Below are positions 26,501 through 35,500 of a stretch of DNA of 64,000 nt, in pieces. Source of the stretch: Amoebophrya sp. A120 (lineage: Eukaryota; Protista; Dinoflagellata). Below the pieces are notes generated by a model, which did no database searches, was not told the DNA's origin, and saw nothing but the letters and a program-made list of their open reading frames with translations. Positions within the stretch are counted from its first letter, which is position 1, and every line of letters starts with the position of its first letter. Position numbers and translations under genes: made by a program. Where the stretch lies: NCBI GenBank assembly GCA_905178155.1, contig CAJINV010000012.1:3219144-3283143 (forward strand), in the 5' to 3' direction.

Positions 26501-29500
26501 AGAGCTCCGTTTTTCTGTGATGCAGAAGCGCAGTAGTTTGTCATGCAGAGTAGGCAACACCTAGGATAGGAACTCAGAAACTTGTCATGTTGATTCAGCA
26601 TTTGTAGCCTCATCATGAGACGCCACCCAGCATCACAAGTTTCCAGACCCAGACATTTTTCCTTTTGATAGCAGTTTGGCGGAGACAAGTACAACAATGA
26701 TGGTGGCGGAGGGTCCTCGTTTGGATCGGCTTCCGAGTTCCATTCTGATGGTAAGACCGGCAAAAGTTCTTCTGGTAGAGGAAGCGAACCAGGTGGTAGT
26801 TGTAGCTCTTCCTCTCTGTCGCATAAGCAAAAGCGGCCACTCGTCACATCAGCAATCATTCACACGGAGGAGCTTTTGCCGCTTCTGGAAGCCTTTCACG
26901 AGCGCGCGGAAGACAACTCGGAGGAGCTATTACAGTGAAAAGTGCCCCCCACCCCTGAAATTGCAAAAATTTGTGATGCGAAGTTTCCAAATGAAAACTT
27001 TTTGTCATGCATGAAAGGAGTATGAATCTTTCTGATGCAGAGTCTAGGCATATATAGCATCGCTTGCATGACAAGAGCCGCTCTTCCTAGTTTCCCAACA
27101 TGACAAGAGCCGCTCTTCCTAGGGGCTTTTGCAATACAAACCTTTGCTATTCACGATTGAAAACCTGTGATGCTGATAGATCCAAGAGGGCGAATGTTTC
27201 ATTTGGAAAGGTTTGCAATACAAGTGCTCCCAAGTTCGGGGGTGGGGACATTTTTCATTGTAATAAGAGCTGTGCGGAGGGTCGTGGCAAGATTACTTCG
27301 CGACTTACGGGAGCGAGGTACTTACTTCATATTGTGGTGGACTTCTTCTTCATTTTCTATGACAAAAATTTCCTCATGTCAACCGGGACAAGTGTTGTTT
27401 CTGAACAATGGATGGTCCTCACTCCTGCTGCTTTGATGCCATTCCAGATCATTCCTGCTCATTGTTCCTGCGATATGGACACTGCAACGAACTTTGTATA
27501 TACTTTTTTACCTTTTTTGTACACTCAGGTCGCCATTCCCGGGTCGCCCGCGAATGCGGTGTTTGCGCAAAACCAGAAGCTTGCCCAGGTGCGTATGACC
27601 CGCTCAAACGTTACAATCTCAAACGTTACAATAAAATCTGGAATTTGTCTTGCATGATGAGCATGACAGAATCGCAGAGCACTCCACTTTCTGCAATACA
27701 AATTTCGCCAGATTCTAGCGCGGTTTGGGGCTCCGAAACTTGTCATGCGCAATCCTCCTGTGAGACTAAGTTAGCTCCTGCACTTCTTGCATCACAGATT
27801 TCCATATTCTACTGTAACGTTTGAGATTGTAACGGTTGAGCAAGTTATAGTGCGGAAGGCCCGGTTTGATTTTCGGGGCAAACGCGTCAGCATGATTAAC
27901 AACGCGCTGCTAGGCGGTACTGGTAGTATCGGAGCAAACCTACTACACTCCGGTAGCTCAGACAACCACGCATCTGCAAGCAGGTCGACTGACAATGCGC
28001 CGGTGTCCAAGCAGAATGGGCTAGCGCGGCAGAGTATGAACTGCAAATATGTCTGGGTCTGGAAGATTCTAGACTTGTAATGCTGTCTCTGGATTCTAGA
28101 AAAATTTGTATTGCATGACCAGCAAGAGGACTCCAGTTTGTGCTACGCGGAAAGGGCATCTCTCATGCGGTAGAGGCGTCACAAAGTCCTCTAAAAATCT
28201 GTGATGCTAGGGCATGCATCACAGACATCATGGATCATTCAAAATATGCATGACAAACCTGGCTTTCTTCCAGACCCAGACATTTTTGCAGTTGATACAG
28301 AGTTTGGTGACCAATGCGTTGGTGAATTTCAACCGGGGCAGGGGAGGCGGCCCGGGTATTGAGAGGAAAGATCCCCCCTCCCCATACCGAAGCAGTGTGC
28401 TTCCGAAAATTTGTCTTGCTGATTTGAGACCACAAATCACGTCTGTCTTGCAAGAAGACAACTCCACAGGCTCTGCCGCATTACGCAGGCGATTTGTGAT
28501 GCTGTTGGGCCTACAGCATAGACGTTTCCCATGCTAAGCGCCTAGGCCAAAACCTCTCCGCTCAGGCTTGGCAGGGGCCTGCAGTCCGCTACTGCAAGAC
28601 AGATCTGAGCTGTGTACGCACGTCCAGCATCAGAAATTTCCTCCTGATATGGGGAGGGGGGGGCTTTTCCTTTTGATATCAGGGGGCCATAATTCATCTG
28701 GTTACAGCGAGGAAGACTGGACGCAGGCAGGCGGCAGAACCGGCGCGTCGGGACAAGATCAGGATTTGAACAGCATGCTGCGGCTGCACAACATGCTGAA
28801 AAAACAGGAGGAAGAGATGGAAGTATCCTGTGCAAAAGCATCGTACTCGTATTGCAATCATGCATTGCAAATCTTCTTGTTATAGGTAAATCCGCATTAC
28901 AAATTTTATTTCTCATGCTGAGAAAATTTGCAATGCATTTATACGAGTGCGATACTTTTGCAGTTCATAGGATGAGGAGCGGAATTATTTCCTAAAACAG
29001 CTGAAGGTCGAAACCGCCAGCTTGCAGGACTTGAAAACGCTATCCTGAGAAAAAAACTGTATCACTGTGAACCTATGATGCAGAAAATGAAACACAAAAC
29101 TATTTGTCTTGCTACACACGGAAGGCATTGGATTTTCCAGCGTGGTTTCCCTTCGGGAGTGCGCATAGTTGTGTTGCTGGTCCTGTGCCAGTCGCGGGGC
29201 ATGTTCGGGTGTTCCGGGCCGTGCATTGTGCACCCCTCGGACCCCGCACCCCCCCGGGCTTTAGTCGCGCAGTCTGTTAAGCATGACAAATTTTCACTGC
29301 CATGTGTAAAAAACCTGTGATGCAGATCTTGCAAAATCATCACAGTTAAACAGTTTTTTCGTGGGATAAACGCTCTTGAAAAAGTACTACACAACAACTA
29401 CGAGAAGTACTTCTTCTAGTACTTCTAGCACAACGGCAGGATCTTCAGGCTCTACTTCATCCCTGGGAAAGAATTATGGTCCTCAACAATTCGGTGCCTC

Positions 29501-32500
29501 GCCGAACAAAGCGCATTCCGGCTCAACTGCTTCTTTTCACCCATCCGGAGGGAGCAATGGCGCCAATAGTACTTCTTCTTCCTCTGCAAAAACGTCGGGG
29601 GCAGGGGCGGGCGGAGGTCCTGCGTCTTTTGGGCGGCGCATCACACTGCGAACGGTAGCAGAATTGCTGGTGATGTTTGGCGTTTTATGCAACAGAAAAA
29701 CTACCCGGCGCGGACCATTTTGTTCACGCAAGTTTTACATGATTGGAGCTTACTTTTTATATTCGAGCATGACAAGGTTTCGTTGCAGTGCACAGAAATT
29801 CAAGTTTAAGCAGGGAGTAAATCACATAAGGCCGCTAAGAAGCTTGACTGTGATGCATCTTTATTTTCCACACTGTCTGAATTGAATCTTTGTAATTGCA
29901 AAATCAGTGCGCAAAAGCGATTGGTGCGTTCCGGTGCTTTTTCCCTTGCATTCGCTTTGCCAAATGCGCTTCATGAGATTCGCGCTTTGGAGGAGCTGGC
30001 GCGACTCGTGGCTGCTGACGCTTGTAGTAAGAATCGCGACAGCTCCTGCACCAGTTCCAAAAATAATCTTCCACAAGAACATTTCAGCAGTACAATGCTC
30101 ACGACCGACCGGAATAAAGCAGGAGATGAAAATTACGGCACGAGCAGGTCTTCTTACAAGAGCCAGCAAAGTAGGTGGAGCAACTACAAAACCGGTACAA
30201 GACCCAACAAGCAAAATTATAATGGTCACCACCACCTCCAAGACCAGCAACAACTTTTCACGTTCGATCAGTTTATGACCTTGATTGCCCTTATCAACTG
30301 CAAAAATGTCTGGGTCTGGAAGATTGCCAGGTTTGTCATGCATATTTTGAATGACCCAGCATGATGTCTGTGATGCATGCCCTAGCGTCACAGATTTCTA
30401 GAACAATTCGCGATGCCTCTACCGCATGAGAAATGCCCCCTCCGCGTAGCACAAACTGGAGTCCTCTTGCTGGTCACGCAATACAAATTTTTTTAGAATC
30501 CAGAGACAGCATGACAAGTTTAGAATCTTCCAGACCCAGACATATTTGCAATCCATAGCCCTGATCCGCAAGTGGAAACGGTCGCAGCGGGAAATGTATC
30601 AACTGTAAAAATGTCTGGGTCTGGAAGATTCCGGGATTTGTGATGCATATTTTGTATGATCCATGATTCATGTAATGCATGATCTAGCATCACAGATTTT
30701 TAGAGTGCTTCCTGATGCCTATTCCGCATGACAAATGCCCTCTCCGCGTAGGGGGGACTCTGATGCCCTCTCCGCTTCCTGATGCTCGGGGGGACTCTGA
30801 TGTTTCTCCCGGGCGTAGAAATTGTAGCAGAATTTTTGGAAGAAGTTTTTGACGAAGAAGGGAGAACAAACAGAGAAAGACTGCAGAAAGCAGAGGCTAA
30901 GCTGCGCACGAGAATAGCAAGGCTATACAAGGGAGGGGACATAGACACAAGCTTTCGGGACTACGACCACCGGACGGAGGTGGACGAAATATACCAAAAG
31001 GAGGCCGGACCACCAGTAACGGGATATAGGAGAGGAGAAAAAGTCACAACAGGGCAAGGGAAAGAGAAGAAGGGCGAAAAAGCAAGAAAGACGGAATTTC
31101 GATACTACATGGGAAACCTCCCGCATGACAACAAGAGAAAATGGACCCTAGCGGTTCAATATGTGGACGACGGGACCATTGTCCTGAAGTTTTTTGTAGA
31201 AGATATAGAAGTGGTAGCGGCAGCATTGAAAGCAGCAAGCTGGGCGTACCAAAAAATATATGAAACAGAAGGACAATTTCTGGCGCCCCTGAAGTGTGAA
31301 TTTGCCACGTCGCTGAAAGACCCTGCGAAAATCAGCATTCTGCGGCAGGCTTTCCAGCCTTTTGGAATAATGTTCGAAGAGAAGGACTTCCTGAAGATCT
31401 TAGGAATAAGGATAGTGCCAACGAACAAGGAGGGACAGCGCAAGGCTCTCAGGAGCCAAGTTCAGCAAAGCATAGGAATAGGGCAGCATCTGGCTTACCA
31501 GGTAATGTCAAGACGGAAAAAGCTAGAGGGGGAGGAGCTGGTGTGGATAATCCAAGTGTTCTTTGTGTCGTCGATGATATACTTTCTACCGGTGATGCAG
31601 CTCTATTTCGACATGCAGGACTGGGCGACAATGCTAGGAGAAATATCGCTAACAATAGCAGAGACGATAGGGATGACAGAGGAAACGGTGGAAGAACTGA
31701 TGAGAAAGACGAACACAAATGCAGAAACATTCTACCGCGTAGTTTTCGGGGCGAAAATGCTAGGAATTACAGACCCTATCACGCTGGGGCTGAAAACACT
31801 AAGAGCAACAGCCCAAGCAAACTACTTGACAGACCCGGGGGGTTTCATCCAAATGGCAACAATGCCACTCAAAGTAGTGGGGGAGTCGAAGGCAGGAATA
31901 GCAAGAGCTGTGGAAAGAAAAATAATGAAGAGAAAAGAAGCTGACATAGCACTACTGCAAGCACTCAGAGACGGAGCATCGGTGAGGTTGTCTGCGGGGA
32001 GCGACCTGCGGGGGGTAGGAATAGTAGGAAAAACTAACAAAGCAAAACCGCAGATGGTACAAAGCCAACACGTGTACAGATGCGACAGGAGTCTGCTTGC
32101 GGACAAAATAAGAACAGGGGGGAAAGGCAAGAAAGGACAGAGTGACTACATGACGAAAATATGGGTAAAACACACGAAAAAAGAAGAAGCTACGATGGTA
32201 ACAGTAGAGGAATGGAAGGGGAAAGAAGAACACATGGCAACAATTGAAACGAGGCAGGACCACCTAAAGACAGAAGTTAGGACAGAAGAGCGAAAATTCG
32301 TAGCGTATTGCAATAACGCCATAAGAGCAATAGAGATGGTGAAGAAACAGCAACACGAAGGGAGTGGAGGAGTGTGCGTGTGCTTGCTGGATTACGACGA
32401 GATGAAAGAGAAAACACGGGGGCTTCTGCGGAAAGAGCAAGGGATAGCGTTAGAGCTGCAGGAGGAAATAGAAAAAGCAGAAAAACAGATTCCGGGCTTA

Positions 32501-35500
32501 ACAATAGTCAGACGCTGGGGAAAGCAGAACGCGCCAAAAACCCTCGAAAAAAGAGAAACACAAGGGGGCTATACAGAAGCGATACCCTTAAAGGTAGCAA
32601 ACGTGTCGAAGCATGATGATGAATATGCTGAATGGGTTCAGTACGATTTCGGCGAAAAAAATGTACCGACAAAACCGATCTGGGAATGGCCGGAAATGTC
32701 AAAAATAGAAAGACAAGTGTATACCTACCGGAAGATTATAGGAGACGAAAAGAAAGACGGGAAGAAAGCGGAGGAGGGAGGCGGTGACGGCGAGGACGAC
32801 AGAAGGAAAGACAGCACAGGAGAGAGGAAGGGGAAGGAGGCAAGTAGCAGCGCGAAGGAGAAAGCTCGCTGCGGAAAAGACCCCAAAGGGAACACTGCGA
32901 CGACAGACACGAGCAGGGAGATAGTCAGCGGGTCATTAGCAGAAACTATCAGAAAAATGGTAGAAGGAGAAAAGATAAGAGCACAGAAAGAAGGAAACGA
33001 AATGCTGCAGAGGGCGCTGGACATAATAGGAAGAGCCACAGACCTACTAGAAACAGCCGAAGACGTTCCATTAGAATCTCGCGCGACGTCGAGCAGCAGC
33101 AACAGGAGGGACATGCCGGAAATAACAGAAGAGCGAAAGGAATCAAAAGAAGAAGAAGAGAACGAAATAGAAGAAGATGTGTATTTCTCCCCGGCGCAGG
33201 AGTACCAGGGAAGCCGCTCAGGATACGTGTACAAACTCGGGCGCTTTGGCATGGGGTATTATAAGGATCAAGGACCGGAGGAGGCAACGCGGGAGATGTT
33301 CCAAAAAATTACGATAGGGGGGCCTGGAGGAAAACTGCCTAAGAGGGAAATCTCGAAAGAACAGAAAACAGCGAAAAAAGAAGTCACAGGGGATGCGACG
33401 CGACAAGAGAAGAACACGCAGCAAGTGCGCAAAGTGGCAGAGGAGGAGGAGGAAATAGAAATGACATCACGAGAAGCAGAAGAACCAGGCGGAGAGGGGA
33501 GATCAGGAAGTCTGAGAAAGAAAACCGCCAAAGACATAAGCGAAACAGTGAGGGAGAAAGAAGATGAAAAGGAAGAGGAAAGATTTCCAACATTGGAGGA
33601 GCTGAACGAGAGGGACCGGAAGCGGGACCGCGAAGAGGCAGCAGAACGGGAGGAGGAGCGCAAACGGCAGGAAGAAAGGAGATCTATGAAAAGACCGAAG
33701 TATGATAATGCATTACAGGAAGAGTTAGCCCAAATGTTTAGGAACACGCACTGAAAAACGATGACGAAAGAGATGTTGAAAATAATGAAAAGAAAGAAAG
33801 AGAACGGAACAGAAGGGCGAAAATGGGGGAGTAGTGTTCTGGGTGTCGGCGGAGGGAAGAGGAAGCAGAGGAAAGAAAAAGAAAGAAAAAATGGCTCCCT
33901 CGGTCGTCTCAGCTAGCCTGCAAGGGCTCCGTTTCCGCCAGCTGAAAGGCACGGCGCTGCTAATCATCTCGTCCTCGCCAGCCAATAGGCACGGCGCTGC
34001 TATCCCGTCGTCGTCAACGCGTCCCTTTTACTAGTAGGTGGGAACAGGGTTGCTAATTTAAAGACTGCGCTAAGGCAGCACCCCCCTTCCCCAAGGGGTC
34101 CCCCCGGGGCGGGCGCGGTGGCGGCTCTGCTAACGCGGAGCTTCAAAGTCCGACTCTACCTATGCGCATAAAAAGGGTGCGCGGATGCAGGTCGGTAAAG
34201 TGCTTGAAAGGGGTATGCTTTGGGGTTGCCCGTCATCGTGATAGGGTCAACGTGTGTGACCAATAGACCCCCTGTATACCTAGCGCGCAACCGACCACAG
34301 AAGCTGTAGCGTTAAATGTTTGTAAGAATAACCCAACAAGGCAACACTGGAGCTCCACCTTGCTCGAGGGCTTGGATGGTAAATCAGGTCAGCCACATCT
34401 AGCGCCCACTGGCCGTACTCATGCGTAAGCAATCGCAAGCGGTTCGGCGGATGCGGTCGGGTGGTACCTGTAGGACGTGGAACGGGTGTCCACCTAGGGG
34501 TATTGGCAGAGGCTAAATCTGTTCTAACGCCACGGTATTGGCAGAGGCTAAATCTGTTCTAACGCCACCCTGACAGGAGTCAAATGTCAAAACAACAACA
34601 ACAACGCGTAACACAAACTGGCCCCCTGTTGCTGGTCACGCAATACAGATTTTTTTGGGATCCAAAGACAGCATGACAAGTTGCAATTTTCCAGACCCAG
34701 ACATTTTTACAATCCATAAAATGAGGTTCTACCTCGCTTTTGCGAACAACGAACTCGATTTTTTCTTCCAAAAGTCCGTGCCAAGAGTGCTGGATCGGAT
34801 CTTCTCGGTGGTGCCCAAGTCACGGAATGAGCAGCAAACCTTGATTCTCGTTCTGAACCAAGAGTGGCCGGTATGCATTGCAAATATAATGTCTGTGTTT
34901 AGAAAGATGCAAGCCTACTTCTCATGCTGGTTTTGCATGACCTACCCATGAGGTGTGGAATGCGAGGCCTGGCATAACAGATTCTGTTGGATGTTGATCT
35001 CTATCATGCCTGTCCCGCATGAGCAACTTCCTTTCAAATTGGCCTAAAATGGGCAACTTGTGGGAATGAAGCAACACAGAATCTTTACATGATTCAGATT
35101 TGGCATGACAAGTTATCGCTTTCTTGCAGACACAGACACAATATTTGCAATGCATAGCCGGAATCGGAGGTGGCGGTGTGCAAGCGAGACTTTTTGAATG
35201 TTTGCCACCTGGTGGCGGAGCGGATGGAATCGGTGCGCGTGCGTACTTATCCTGTGCAAAAGTATCGTACTCGTACTAATCGCATTCATGCATTACAAAT
35301 TTCTCTTTCAGGTTAAATCCGCATTACAAATTTTCTTTCTCATGCTGAGGAAATGCGATTTCTACTAGTACGATGCTTTTGCGTTTCATAGTACTGAGAT
35401 GGAAAAGTATTGCAGTATGGGAGGTTTATTTTTCTCGCCTTCCGGAAGAGGACCACTTGCAGGGCGCGCTGCACAACAACACACTGGAACTACATCTCCC

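Larger units (their letters stand above)
30751..34604 (+). mobile_element. 5'-truncated non-LTR retrotransposon
   Basis: TSD CGCGTA (30745-30750, 34605-34610); (CAA)n 3' tail; RT-like ORF; strong purine strand bias unlike the host. Confidence 0.85.
30597..34718. mobile_element. TIR introner (family A) carrying a nested retrotransposon
   Basis: Left half 30597-30750, right half 34611-34718; DR AAATG; host frame QREM|RFYLAF restored. Confidence 0.92.

Noticed and set aside
30597-34718. Autonomous introner encoding its own mobilising or splicing enzyme
   Set aside because: The ORF-bearing insert has its own 6-bp TSD, (CAA)n tail and truncated 5' end, and shows RT motifs rather than DDE transposase motifs. 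It is better explained as a secondary insertion.
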